Shown: positions 8,759-18,452 of the stretch, piece after piece
Layout of the letters: every line of letters begins with the position of its first letter
Position numbering within the stretch: position 1 is the stretch's first letter
Assembly (NCBI GenBank): GCA_041550555.1
Contig: JBFEOO010000007.1
Span: forward strand, 22,598 to 86,597
Direction: 5' to 3'
Source of the DNA: Arenicellales bacterium
Lineage (GTDB): Bacteria > Pseudomonadota > Gammaproteobacteria > Arenicellales > JBFEOO01
Length of the DNA stretch: 64,000 nt
Notes under the pieces: model-generated
The model's database searches: none
Told to the model about the DNA's origin: nothing
Seen by the model: only the letters and a program-made list of their open reading frames with translations
Made by a program: the position numbers and the translations under genes

Positions 8759-9982
8759 GTGACGGTGGAGCGCGGCGTGCAGGCCGCCCACGACCAGCCC
8801 GCGCGGCGGGCGGCGCAACCGCTGCCGCGCCCCGACTACCGGGGTGGCAGCATCGTCAACCTCATGACGACCATCGTCGATGGCCTTGGCGGCGCGCCGT
8901 CGCCCTACCCCGCCCTGCGCGGGCTCGATGGCGACATCGGGACGGCCGTGCGCAACGTCGTGCTGCTGGTCGTCGACGGGCTCGGCTACCACTATCTCGA
9001 GCGGGCGGAGCACGCGCGCGCCCTGCGGCACCATCTGCGCGGTCCGATCACCTCGGTGTTTCCGCCGACCACGGCCACCGCCATCACCAGCTTCCTCACC
9101 GCCACGGCGCCGCAGCAGCACGGGCTGACCGGCTGGTTCACCAACTTCACCGAGGCCGGCGGTGTGGTGACGACGCTGCGGCTCACCATGCGTCAGGACG
9201 AGGCGTCACTCGCCGCACGCGGCATAGAGCCGGCGACGCTGTTCACGGCGCCGGGCGTGTTCGACCGCATCGAGGCGGACGGCTTCGTCGTGAGCCCCCG
9301 TCAGATTGCGCACTCCCCGTACAACGCCTTCCATGCCGGACGCGCCGCAATCAGACCCTACCGCTCGTTGGCGCAGCTGTTCGCCGTCACGGCGTCCATC
9401 GTTCGCAGCGGCCACGGACGCCAGTACGTCTACGCGTACTGGCCGGAGCTCGATCGGCTCGGCCACGAGTACGGTATCGAAAGCCGGCGAGCGCGCTCGC
9501 ACCTCATCGAGATCGACGCCGCATTCGGCCGTTTCCTCGAGACGATCGCAGGCACCGACTCGATCGTCATCGTCACCGCCGACCACGGCGTCGTCGACTG
9601 CGGCCCGCGCAACCGCCTCGAGCTGTCCGACCATGCCGCGCTGGCCGACACGCTGGCGCTGCCGCTGTGCGGCGATGGGCGCACCGCCTACTGCTACGTG
9701 CGCCCCGAGCGGCAAGTCGACTTTGCCGACGTTGCCGCCGAAGCGCTGGGCGACCGCGCCCACGTGGCGACGAGCGAAGCCCTGATCGAGGACGGCTACT
9801 TCGGCCTGGGCGATCCTCATCCGCGTCTCGCGGAGCGCGTCGGCGACTTCACCCTGCTCATGCGCGGACGTCACACCATCAAGGACTGGCTCCCGGGAGA
9901 GCGCCGCTACGTGCACGTCGGCGCCCATGGGGGGCTCAGCGAGGAGGAGCTGTTCGTGCCGCTCGTCGTGGCACGCCCTTGA
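8759..9982 (+). CDS. Alkaline-phosphatase-superfamily phosphodiesterase/nucleotide pyrophosphatase-like protein
   Basis: Metal and nucleophile motifs [23 protein letters not shown] and [12 protein letters not shown] start at 8759 is uncertain. Confidence 0.8.
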   Translation: MTVERGVQAAHDQPARRAAQPLPRPDYRGGSIVNLMTTIVDGLGGAPSPYPALRGLDGDIGTAVRNVVLLVVDGLGYHYLERAEHARALRHHLRGPITSVFPPTTATAITSFLTATAPQQHGLTGWFTNFTEAGGVVTTLRLTMRQDEASLAARGIEPATLFTAPGVFDRIEADGFVVSPRQIAHSPYNAFHAGRAAIRPYRSLAQLFAVTASIVRSGHGRQYVYAYWPELDRLGHEYGIESRRARSHLIEIDAAFGRFLETIAGTDSIVIVTADHGVVDCGPRNRLELSDHAALADTLALPLCGDGRTAYCYVRPERQVDFADVAAEALGDRAHVATSEALIEDGYFGLGDPHPRLAERVGDFTLLMRGRHTIKDWLPGERRYVHVGAHGGLSEEELFVPLVVARP

Positions 9983-10076
9983 CCCTTGATCATGGCGGTC
10001 ATCTCTTGCAGCGGCGGTGGGCCACGCGCCGGTCGGGCGTGTGGTAGGCCGTGACCTCCCTTCGGCTCACCTGACG

Positions 10077-10385
10077 ATGACCGAGCCGTCGGAAGGCATT
10101 TTTCGCAAGGATCTGATCGAGCTGCTGCGCGATCGGCCGCTGGCGCTGCACGATATCGCCCAGCTGCTCGGGACCACGTCACGAGACGTCGAGAGCGCGC
10201 TCACGCACTTGAGGCGCAGCCTGCGGCATACGACGCATCGCCTTAAGGTGACGCCGGCGCGCTGTCGCCGCTGCGGCTTTACCTTTCGGGCCGACAAGCT
10301 GCACAAGCCCGGAAAATGTCCCACCTGCCATCAGAGCTGGATCCGGGCGCCGCGGGTATGGGTCGAAGAACGACCCCAGCCGTGA
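10077..10385 (+). CDS. HTH domain fused to C-terminal zinc ribbon (predicted transcriptional regulator)
   Basis: LIELLRDRPLALHDIAQLLGTTSRDVESALTHL (winged-HTH-like) followed by CRRCGF...GKCPTC. ATG 10077 chosen. Confidence 0.6.
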   Translation: MTEPSEGIFRKDLIELLRDRPLALHDIAQLLGTTSRDVESALTHLRRSLRHTTHRLKVTPARCRRCGFTFRADKLHKPGKCPTCHQSWIRAPRVWVEERPQP

Positions 10386-10425
10386 TGCGCAGCGCCGCCG
10401 CGCAACGCGCCGGGCGGGCTGCCGC

Positions 10426-11325
10426 TCAGCCCGGCAGCTCGGGCGCCGCGCGCATGCAGGCTCGGACGTCGGCCGCGCAGCGCGCGAAGGGGCCCGACCG
10501 CTCGAGCTTGAGCGTCGCCGTGGCCGCGCCGAAACGGCCCGCCGCCTCGACGTCATCCGAGCGCAGTCGCTGGCTGAGATATCCGGCCATGTAGGTGTCA
10601 CCGCAACCCGTCGCGTCCACCAGCACGCTCGGGGCGTAGGCCGGGATGCGATGCTCGCGGCCACCCGCCCAGATAAGCGATCCGCGGTCGGCCAGGGTGA
10701 CGATCACCTCGCGCGGCCCCCACCCGGCAAGCATCCGGGCGGCGCGCCCGACATCCTTCTCGCCGGTGAGTATCTCGGCTTCCTCGCGGGCGGCCTTGAG
10801 CACGTCGACGGCAGCCAAACCCGCTTCTTTCTGCGGCCAGTCCTCGAGCCGGACGGACCCCTCCTCGCCCGCCACGCGAACCATGCCTTGGACGTCCATG
10901 GACAGGCAATCGGTGTGGGCAGCCGCGGCGTGCAGGAACGCCGCGTCCATGTCGAGGCGTGTCAGCGGCCCGAGGTGGATGATCGAGGCCTGCACCGAGT
11001 GCAGATCGCTGAGCTCGAAGGGGGCCGCCGAGGCCAGCAGGCGCACCGTGCGCCTGGCGGCCGGCGGCGGCGTGTAGCTCAGCTCGAAGAACGTGCTCGC
11101 CGCGCTCTCTCCCCAGCGCACCACCGCACCTGCCGCCCGCAGCTGCTGCTCGATGGCGGGCCGCTGCGACGTCGGCGCGCGCGTCACCACCTCAGCAGCC
11201 ACGCCGAGGCGGCCGAGAGCGATCCCCGCGTAGTAGGCGGCACCGCCCGGCAGCTCACAGTCGGGCATCGCGGGACGGCGGATGACGTCCCGGGTCACGT
11301 GGCCGACGACGCAGATCGACGACAT
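10426..11325 (-). CDS. PfkB-family carbohydrate kinase
   Basis: N-terminal ICVVGHVTRDV, C-terminal DATGCGDTYMAGYL (PfkB signature 2). ATG 11325 chosen. Confidence 0.85.
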   Translation of the reverse strand: MSSICVVGHVTRDVIRRPAMPDCELPGGAAYYAGIALGRLGVAAEVVTRAPTSQRPAIEQQLRAAGAVVRWGESAASTFFELSYTPPPAARRTVRLLASAAPFELSDLHSVQASIIHLGPLTRLDMDAAFLHAAAAHTDCLSMDVQGMVRVAGEEGSVRLEDWPQKEAGLAAVDVLKAAREEAEILTGEKDVGRAARMLAGWGPREVIVTLADRGSLIWAGGREHRIPAYAPSVLVDATGCGDTYMAGYLSQRLRSDDVEAAGRFGAATATLKLERSGPFARCAADVRACMRAAPELPG

Positions 11326-11353
11326 CGAGTCAAGCCGCCCGCCGCAAGCGGCA

Positions 11354-11368
11354 GTAATTGCCAATTAC
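11354..11368. promoter_or_regulatory. AT-rich 7-1-7 palindrome GTAATTGcCAATTAC in divergent promoter region
   Basis: Perfect inverted repeat read directly from the sequence, between the PfkB start (11325, minus) and the CDP-alcohol transferase start (11421, plus). It stands out against the GC-rich background. Confidence 0.45.
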
Positions 11369-11420
11369 AGGCCGCATTGGTTTAATCCCTCCCACGAACG
11401 CACACGGGCGACACGTCGAG

Positions 11421-12182
11421 ATGAAACAGCCGGCTCAAAAACGCTCCGGCAGAAGAGGGCCTCCCTCCGAGGGCGCCAGACCGCCGATGTTCACGCTGCT
11501 GCGCTTCCCCCGCAGCGCCGAAGCATACCAGGCTTCCGCCGGCGACGACGCCACGGCGACGCAGCGCAACGCTTTCGGCGTCGGATTCGAGCGCTTGCGC
11601 GACCGCCTCCACGCCCACATCATCCGAGCGCTCACGCCGACGGCCGACTGGCTGGGCCGGCACGGGCTGTCGCCCAACGTGGTGACCGTCGCCGGGCTGG
11701 TTGTCAACGTAGTGGCCGCAGGCTTCATTGTCAGGGGCCAGCTGATCACCGCCGGCGCGCTCTGGCTGCTGGCCGGTGCGCTCGATCTGCTCGACGGCAC
11801 CACCGCGCGTCACACGCAGACGGCCACGCCGTTCGGCGCCTTTCTCGATTCGACCTGCGACCGCCTCTCCGAAGGCGTGGTGTTCGCCGCCATCGTTTAT
11901 CACTTTGCGGCGCTGGGCGCGGGCCTCTATGCCGCACTGACGACGCTCGTGCTGCTCTGCTCGCTCATGATCAGCTACATCCGCGCACGCGCCGAGGCGG
12001 CCGGCGCCCAGTGCAGAGTCGGGCTGGCCACCCGCGCCGAACGCGTCGTGCTTATCGCCATCGGGCTGTGCTTCGGTTCTCTGCCCGCGGTGATCTGGAT
12101 CCTGTTCGCCATGACCACCTTAACCGTCGGGCAGCGCGTCTGGCACACCTATTCACAGCTCGCCGAGCGCGCCTCCCCGTGA
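11421..12182 (+). CDS. CDP-alcohol phosphatidyltransferase family protein
   Basis: Complete signature DG-x2-AR-x8-G-x3-D-x3-D in LDLLDGTTARHTQTATPFGAFLDSTCDRL. Multiple TM segments. Start uncertain (11358 or 11421). Confidence 0.8.
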   Translation: MKQPAQKRSGRRGPPSEGARPPMFTLLRFPRSAEAYQASAGDDATATQRNAFGVGFERLRDRLHAHIIRALTPTADWLGRHGLSPNVVTVAGLVVNVVAAGFIVRGQLITAGALWLLAGALDLLDGTTARHTQTATPFGAFLDSTCDRLSEGVVFAAIVYHFAALGAGLYAALTTLVLLCSLMISYIRARAEAAGAQCRVGLATRAERVVLIAIGLCFGSLPAVIWILFAMTTLTVGQRVWHTYSQLAERASP

Positions 12183-12333
12183 ACGTGCTCTACCGCGCGC
12201 AAAGCGGCTCGACGCTGCGCGGCGCGGTCGGGGACCATCACCACCCCTCCGGGACACCGCCAGGCCGGGGGCAACCCGAACTCAAACAGCGGGACCCGGC
12301 CTCCAACCAACGCGACACAAGACAGTTTAATCA

Positions 12334-13248
12334 ATGGGCTACTTCCTCCAGCAGCTGATCAACGGCCTCACGCTCGGCATGATCTACGGACTGATTGCCA
12401 TCGGCTACACGATGGTGTACGGCATCATCGGCATGATCAACTTTGCCCACGGCGAGATCTTCATGATCGGGGCGTTCATCTCCATCATCACCTTCCTGAT
12501 CGTGGGGATGCTGGGGCTCGGCTGGGTGCCGCTGGCGCTTATCGTCGTGCTGCTCACCACCATGCTGCTGACCTCCGTTTACGGCTGGGCGCTCGAGCGG
12601 GTGGCTTACCGACCGCTGCGCAACTCGCCGCGGCTCGCGGCTCTGATCACCGCCATCGGCATGTCCATTTTTCTGCAGAACTACGTGCAACTCCTGCAGG
12701 GTGCGCGCGTGAAGCCGTTGCAGCCGGTCATCACCGGCAGCGTGCGGCTGATGAAGGAGAGCGACTTCGTCGTCAACTTCAGCTACCTGCAGATGCTGAT
12801 CATCGTGCTGACGCTGGCGCTGATGGTCATATTCACACTGCTACTCACCCGCACTGCGTTCGGTCGCGGCCAGCGCGCCTGCCAGCAGGACCTCGGCATG
12901 GCCTCGCTGGTCGGCGTCAACGTCGACCGCACCATCTCGCTCACCTTCGTCACCGGCGCCACCCTCGCCTCGGTGGCGGGGCTCATGTTCTTGCTCAACT
13001 ACGGCGTGATCGACTTCTACATCGGCTTTCTCGCCGGCATCAAGGCGTTCACGGCCGCCGTGCTCGGCGGCATCGGCTCGCTCCCGGGCGCCATGCTCGG
13101 CGGTCTGCTGATAGGGCTGATCGAGGCGTTCTGGTCCGCGTACTTCACCGTGGAGTACAAGGACGTGGCCGCCTTCTCGATTCTCGTACTGGTGCTGATC
13201 TTTCGGCCTACGGGTCTGCTCGGCAAGCCGGACATCGAGAAGGTCTAG
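12334..13248 (+). CDS. livH: Branched-chain amino acid ABC transporter permease
   Basis: [41 protein letters not shown] is a typical LivH N-terminus. First gene of the livHMGF order. Confidence 0.95.
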   Translation: MGYFLQQLINGLTLGMIYGLIAIGYTMVYGIIGMINFAHGEIFMIGAFISIITFLIVGMLGLGWVPLALIVVLLTTMLLTSVYGWALERVAYRPLRNSPRLAALITAIGMSIFLQNYVQLLQGARVKPLQPVITGSVRLMKESDFVVNFSYLQMLIIVLTLALMVIFTLLLTRTAFGRGQRACQQDLGMASLVGVNVDRTISLTFVTGATLASVAGLMFLLNYGVIDFYIGFLAGIKAFTAAVLGGIGSLPGAMLGGLLIGLIEAFWSAYFTVEYKDVAAFSILVLVLIFRPTGLLGKPDIEKV

Positions 13249-13252
13249 CGCG

Positions 13253-14770
13253 ATGGCCGCAGTGAGTCCGGCGATGACGGCCGCGCGGCCGCTCGACGTC
13301 CCTGCTCTGATCAAGGAAGCCGGCCTCGTCGCGGCGGTCGTTTTCGCGCTCGCTATCAGCCTGGTCGGGTTCAAGGTTGAGGATGTGCCCGGCGGCCTCG
13401 ACATCGTCGTTCGTTTCGGCGACGTCATCACGGTAACCGCCATCGGCTTCCTCGGTCGACTCGCGCTCATTCTGCTTCGGGAAGGGCGGCCGCTGCCGGT
13501 GCTCGTCATCACGGTGCCCGTCGGCGTCACCCTGCTGGCGCTGCTGATCGGCAGCGCCGTCGGCGAGACGGGCACCGCACTCGCGCGCTGGCTGCCCTTC
13601 GGCAGCGTGGTCGTGAACTGGCTGCTGGCCATCCTGGTCGTAAGCGTAGCGGGGCGGGCACTGTGGCTGCTGCGCCGCACCGCCGGACAACCCGCCGGCG
13701 AGAGCCGCGAAGAAGCTCTCGATCAGGTCGCCGCGAGGGTGGGACGCGGCGCCCGCTACCTGGCACCGGTGCTGCTCGGCTTTGCGGTGGTGTTCCCCTT
13801 TCTGCCGTTTGCAGACCGGCGTCTGCTCGACATCGCCGTGCTCATCTTTACCTACGTCATGCTCGGGTGGGGCCTGAACATCGTGGTCGGGCTGGCCGGA
13901 CTGTTGGATCTCGGCTATGTCGCCTTCTACGCGGTCGGTGCGTACAGCTATGCGCTGCTTGCAAAGAACTTCGATCTCGGCTTCTGGATCTGCCTTCCCT
14001 TCGCCGGCATCATGGCCGCCTTCGCCGGGATCCTGCTCGGCTTCCCGGTGCTCCGCCTGCGTGGGGACTATCTCGCCATCGTGACGCTCGGCTTCGGCGA
14101 GATGATCCGCGTCATCCTGCTCAACTGGTACGAATTCACCAACGGTCCGGACGGCATCTCGGGCATCCCGCGTCCTACCTTTTTTGGACTGCCGTTCACC
14201 CGCAATCCACCCGAGGGCGGCGAGTCGTTTCACAGCTTCTTCGGCCTGAACTACGCACCGGTCGATCGGATTATCTTTCTCTACTATCTGATCCTCTTGC
14301 TCGCCCTGCTCACCAATCTGTTCACACTGCGCATCCGCAAGCTGCCGGTGGGCAGAGCGTGGGAGGCCCTGCGCGAGGACGAGATCGCCTGCCGCAGCCT
14401 CGGCATCAACCCCCGCAACACGAAGCTCACCGCCTTCGCCATAGGCGCAATGTTCGCCGGCTTCGGCGGCTCGTTCTTCGCGACACGTCAGGGATTCATC
14501 AGCCCCGAGAGCTTCACGTTCATCGAGTCGGCCATCATCCTGGCCATCGTCGTGCTGGGCGGGATGGGCAGCCAGATCGGCGTCGTCTTCGCTGCGTTTC
14601 TGCTCATTGGGCTGCCCGAGATCTTCCGCGATCTGCAGCAGTACCGCATGCTCGCCTTCGGAGCGGCCATGGTCATTATCATGGTGTGGCGACCGCGCGG
14701 ACTGCTCGCCCATCGCGAGCCCACCCTGCGCCTCTCGGACAGGGGCCCTCCCGGGGAGGGCCGGGCGTGA
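13253..14770 (+). CDS. livM: Branched-chain amino acid ABC transporter permease with long N-terminal membrane extension
   Basis: LivM core [28 protein letters not shown]. About 170 extra N-terminal hydrophobic residues. Confidence 0.9.
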   Translation: MAAVSPAMTAARPLDVPALIKEAGLVAAVVFALAISLVGFKVEDVPGGLDIVVRFGDVITVTAIGFLGRLALILLREGRPLPVLVITVPVGVTLLALLIGSAVGETGTALARWLPFGSVVVNWLLAILVVSVAGRALWLLRRTAGQPAGESREEALDQVAARVGRGARYLAPVLLGFAVVFPFLPFADRRLLDIAVLIFTYVMLGWGLNIVVGLAGLLDLGYVAFYAVGAYSYALLAKNFDLGFWICLPFAGIMAAFAGILLGFPVLRLRGDYLAIVTLGFGEMIRVILLNWYEFTNGPDGISGIPRPTFFGLPFTRNPPEGGESFHSFFGLNYAPVDRIIFLYYLILLLALLTNLFTLRIRKLPVGRAWEALREDEIACRSLGINPRNTKLTAFAIGAMFAGFGGSFFATRQGFISPESFTFIESAIILAIVVLGGMGSQIGVVFAAFLLIGLPEIFRDLQQYRMLAFGAAMVIIMVWRPRGLLAHREPTLRLSDRGPPGEGRA

Positions 14771-15621
14771 GCACCCCGGGCACACCGCGAACACTGCTCA
14801 ACGTCGAGCACCTGACCATGCGCTTCGGCGGCCTGGTCGCCATCGACGACGTATCGTTCTCCGCCAACGAGGGTCACATCACGGCCATCATCGGGCCGAA
14901 CGGCGCCGGCAAGACCACGGTGTTCAACTGCCTCACGGGATTCTACAAACCGACGGCGGGTCGGCTCACGCTGCACCATCCGACACGCGGCGACTTTCTT
15001 CTCGAGCGCATGGAAGGCTTCGACATACCGCAGCGCGCGGGCGTGGCGCGCACGTTCCAGAATATCCGCTTGTTCCCGGCGATGTCGGTGCTCGAGAATC
15101 TGATCGTGGCACAACACAACGAGCTCATGATCGCGTCGGCCTACACCGTGGCAGGCCTGTTCGGTTTGCAGCGCTACAGCGAAGCGGAGGCGCGCGCGAT
15201 GGATCGGGCGCGCTACTGGCTCGACCGGGTCAACCTGACGGCACGCGCCGACGTCAACGCCGGCAGCCTTCCCTACGGCGACCAGCGGCGGCTCGAGATC
15301 GTACGGGCGATGTGCACGGCGCCCGTGCTGCTGTGCCTGGACGAACCCGCTGCGGGCCTCAATCCCCGCGAGTCCGCCGAGCTCAACGCGCTGCTGCGCT
15401 TCATCCGCGACGAGCATGGTGTCGGCATCCTGCTCATCGAGCATGATATGAGCGTGGTCATGGGCATTTCCGACCACATCGTAGTGCTCGATTACGGTCG
15501 CAAGATCTCCGACGGCGATCCGGCCTTCGTACGAGCCGATCCTGCCGTCGTGCGCGCCTACCTCGGCCAGGAGGAGAGCGACGAGACGCTTGAGACGACC
15601 GACGTAGACAGCACCCACTGA
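14767..15621 (+). CDS. livG: Branched-chain amino acid ABC transporter ATP-binding protein
   Basis: GTG 14767 overlaps the livM stop (GTGA). [22 protein letters not shown], Walker [10 protein letters not shown], signature [10 protein letters not shown]. Confidence 0.9.
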   Translation: MSTPGTPRTLLNVEHLTMRFGGLVAIDDVSFSANEGHITAIIGPNGAGKTTVFNCLTGFYKPTAGRLTLHHPTRGDFLLERMEGFDIPQRAGVARTFQNIRLFPAMSVLENLIVAQHNELMIASAYTVAGLFGLQRYSEAEARAMDRARYWLDRVNLTARADVNAGSLPYGDQRRLEIVRAMCTAPVLLCLDEPAAGLNPRESAELNALLRFIRDEHGVGILLIEHDMSVVMGISDHIVVLDYGRKISDGDPAFVRADPAVVRAYLGQEESDETLETTDVDSTH

Positions 15622-16349
15622 TGAACAGCGCGGCACCGATTCTGAAGATCACCGGTGTTCACACCTTCTACGGGAACATCGAGGCGCTCCACGGCGTCGA
15701 TGTCGAGATCAACGAGGGCGAGATCGTCACCCTCATCGGCGCCAACGGCGCAGGCAAGTCGACACTGCTCATGACGCTCTGCGGCAACCCGCGAGCCGCC
15801 CGTGGGTGCATCGAGTTCCAGGGCCGGGACATCACCCGTCTACAGACGCATGAAATCATCGCCTGCGGCATCGCCCAGGCACCCGAGGGACGTCGCATCT
15901 TCCCGTTCATGACCGTACTGGAGAATTTGCAGATGGGCGCGACGCTCAGCGACCCCGCCCACTTCGAGGCCGACCTCGAGCGCGTGTTCACGCTCTACCC
16001 CATCCTCAAGGAGCGCCGCGACCAGCGCGGCGGCACGCTCTCGGGCGGTGAGCAGCAGATGCTGGCCATCGGTCGGGCCCTGATGAGCCGCCCCAGGCTG
16101 TTGCTCCTCGACGAGCCGTCGCTGGGGCTGGCACCGATGCTGGTAAAGCAGATCTTCTCGGTGATTCGTGAGATCAACGTCGAGCAACAGGTGACCGTGT
16201 TTCTCGTCGAGCAGAACGCCTATCACGCGCTGCGACTGGCGCACCGAGGCTACGTCATGGCCAACGGCCGCATCGTCATGGCGGGGACAGGCAAGGAGCT
16301 GCTCGCCAATCAGGACATCCGCAGCGCTTATCTCGAAGGCGGCCACTGA
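15621..16349 (+). CDS. livF: Branched-chain amino acid ABC transporter ATP-binding protein
   Basis: ATG overlaps the livG stop. Walker A GANGAGKST, signature LSGGEQQMLAIGRAL. Confidence 0.95.
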   Translation: MNSAAPILKITGVHTFYGNIEALHGVDVEINEGEIVTLIGANGAGKSTLLMTLCGNPRAARGCIEFQGRDITRLQTHEIIACGIAQAPEGRRIFPFMTVLENLQMGATLSDPAHFEADLERVFTLYPILKERRDQRGGTLSGGEQQMLAIGRALMSRPRLLLLDEPSLGLAPMLVKQIFSVIREINVEQQVTVFLVEQNAYHALRLAHRGYVMANGRIVMAGTGKELLANQDIRSAYLEGGH

Positions 16350-16364
16350 ACGATCGGAGAGTCC

Positions 16365-16715
16365 GTGATGGAATCTATACTGGGCACATCCCTCGGCGTG
16401 TTCGTCGGCATCACCCTGATCGTCATGGGATTCGCCGCCTACATGACGGGACAGGCGTTGGCAACCACCTGGAAGCCGCTGCGACACGCCGTCGTCTACA
16501 TCGTACTGCTGGGCTTCTTCGATCGTTTTCTCACCTTCGCCCTGTTCGACGGCGAGCTCTTGTCGGCCAGCGGCTATCTCGTCGATACGCTGGCGCTGCT
16601 CGCAATCGGTGTCTTCTCCTATCGTCTCAACCGCGCCCGCAAGATGGTCAGTCAGTATCCGTGGCTGTACGAGCGCGTCGGACTGTTCGGGCTGCGCGAG
16701 AAGGTCTCTTCCTAG
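16365..16715 (+). CDS. Small membrane protein (DUF6867-like) completing the liv operon
   Basis: 116 aa with three hydrophobic segments, 15 nt after livF. Resembles the small membrane ORF often found after livF. Confidence 0.65.
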   Translation: MMESILGTSLGVFVGITLIVMGFAAYMTGQALATTWKPLRHAVVYIVLLGFFDRFLTFALFDGELLSASGYLVDTLALLAIGVFSYRLNRARKMVSQYPWLYERVGLFGLREKVSS

Positions 16716-16899
16716 CGCCTGCGTGAACCGGGCAGCGGCGCGCCGCGGTGATCCGCCGACAGTGCGTCGGCCGCCGGTTGCAAAGGTCGGTGTCCGGCGC
16801 TTGGGCGCGGGGCGGACCTCGCAGCAGCCGCATCCGCTGTGGCGCTCGGGGCGGGTATTCTATGGCCCAGACAGTTGTGCTACAGTCGCTGCGCACGGC

Positions 16900-16943
16900 G
16901 CGGTCGCGCCACAATAATCCAGCGGTCGCGCCACAATAATCCA
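16900..16943 (+). repeat. Perfect tandem duplication, 2 x 22 bp (GCGGTCGCGCCACAATAATCCA)
   Basis: Read directly: copies at 16900..16921 and 16922..16943, 35 nt upstream of the livK ATG and just downstream of a TGCTACAGT extended -10-like element (16878..16886). Confidence 0.9.
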
Positions 16944-16977
16944 CAGATCGATCCCACACCTGGAGGTTCACAGCCCA

Positions 16978-18078
16978 ATGAGAAAGGTTAAGACGATTCT
17001 AACGTCCGCCGCGGGGAGCATGCTGTTGGCCGTTGGCTCGGCGTCGGCGGACATTCTCATCGCCACCGCAGGCCCAATGACCGGCCAGTACGCCTCTTTC
17101 GGAGAGCAGATGCAGCGCGGCGCCGAGATGGCGGTCGCCGATCTCAACGCCGCAGGAGGCGTGCTAGGCCAACAGATCAAGCTCACCATTGGCGACGACG
17201 CCTGCGATCCGAAACAGGCCGTAGCGGTCGCCAACAAGTTCGTCAGCGACGGCGTCGCCTTCGTTGCCGGGCACTTCTGCTCCGGCTCTTCGATCCCGGC
17301 TTCGCAGGTGTACGAGGAGGAAGACATACTGCAGATCTCACCGGCGTCGACCAATCCGAAGCTGACCGAGGAAGGTGGACCCAACGTGTTTCGCACCTGC
17401 GGTCGCGACGACCAGCAGGGGATCGTTGCCGGCAACTTCCTCGCTGACAAATTTGGCGACAAGAAGATCGCCATCGTGCACGACAAGACGGCTTATGGCA
17501 AAGGACTTGCCGACGAGACCAAGAAGCAGCTCAATGCGCGCGGCCTCCAAGAGGCGATGTACGAAGCCTACACGGCGGGCGAGAAAGACTACTCCGCGCT
17601 GGTCTCCAAGATGAAGGGCGAAGGCATCGACGTGTTCTACGTCGGCGGTTACCACACCGAGGCCGGCCTGATGGTGCGTCAAGCCCGGGAGCAGGGCTAC
17701 GGCGTGCAGCTCGTCTCCGGTGATGCGCTCGTCACCGACGAGTTCTGGAAGATCACCGGCGAAGCCGGCGCGGGCACACTCATGACGTTCAGCCCCGATC
17801 CGCGCAAGAACCCCTCCGCAGCGCCAGTGGTCAAGAAGTTCCGCGATGGTGGCTACGAACCCGAGGGCTACACGCTCTACACCTACGGCGCCATCCAGGC
17901 GTGGGCCCAGGCCGTAGAGAAAGCCGGCAGCACCGATACGCCCAAGGTGATCGAGGCGCTGCGTGGCAACCAGTTCGACACCGTGCTCGGTACAATCGGC
18001 TTCGACGACAAGGGCGACGTCACCGCGCCGGGCTACGTGTTCTACGTGTGGAAGGACGGCACTTACGATTATCTGTAA
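16978..18078 (+). CDS. livK: Leu/Ile/Val-binding periplasmic protein (ABC substrate-binding)
   Basis: Signal peptide ...AVGSASA, then DILIATAGPMTGQYASFGEQMQRGAEMAVADLNAAGGVLG (LivJ/LivK type). SD TGGAGG upstream. Confidence 0.9.
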   Translation: MRKVKTILTSAAGSMLLAVGSASADILIATAGPMTGQYASFGEQMQRGAEMAVADLNAAGGVLGQQIKLTIGDDACDPKQAVAVANKFVSDGVAFVAGHFCSGSSIPASQVYEEEDILQISPASTNPKLTEEGGPNVFRTCGRDDQQGIVAGNFLADKFGDKKIAIVHDKTAYGKGLADETKKQLNARGLQEAMYEAYTAGEKDYSALVSKMKGEGIDVFYVGGYHTEAGLMVRQAREQGYGVQLVSGDALVTDEFWKITGEAGAGTLMTFSPDPRKNPSAAPVVKKFRDGGYEPEGYTLYTYGAIQAWAQAVEKAGSTDTPKVIEALRGNQFDTVLGTIGFDDKGDVTAPGYVFYVWKDGTYDYL

Positions 18079-18104
18079 TCGCTGTCGAACGCGCTTAGAG
18101 AGGA

Positions 18105-18133
18105 CCGGGAGCCATTGGCTCCCGGTTTTTTTT
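18105..18133 (+). terminator. Rho-independent terminator after livK
   Basis: CCGGGAGCC-att-GGCTCCCGG (9-bp perfect stem) followed by eight T. Confidence 0.85.
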
Positions 18134-18452
18134 GCGACGACCACCCTTGGCGCCCGGAGCCGGTCCCGGCCTTCGAGGGTCGAAAGCAGCGACCTTCACG
18201 CGGCGGATCGATGTAGCCCTCGGAGCCGAAGACAGCTGCGGCGATGCGGCGCAGCACCGCGCCACCGAGCACGGCACCCGCGTACGGCGCTCGCGTTCGG
18301 CAACGGCGACCCCTGCAAAACTCTTCGCTCGGCCGTCGCCAGGCGAGCGCGGGACGAACATGCCACGGCGCTTCCCTGTCGCGCTTGCATCGCTCGGGGC
18401 GCACACACCGCTCTTGACGTACAATGGCCGCCCCGCCGGGGAGGGTTACGCA

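Noticed and set aside
8267-9121. 5' extensions of listed ORFs (7082..9121; likewise 30708..32111, 34404..35546, 18132..19598, 35137..36405)
   Set aside because: The extensions are Arg/Gly/Pro-rich and cross divergent promoters or neighbouring genes. Internal starts give canonical protein lengths and have SD sequences.
8759-9982. Possible PglZ/BREX-type defence component, because it belongs to the alkaline-phosphatase superfamily
   Set aside because: No other BREX, DISARM or restriction-like genes (methyltransferase, Lon-like protease, large ATPase) are nearby. The size (about 400 aa) and motifs fit ordinary phosphodiesterase/pyrophosphatase-type enzymes.
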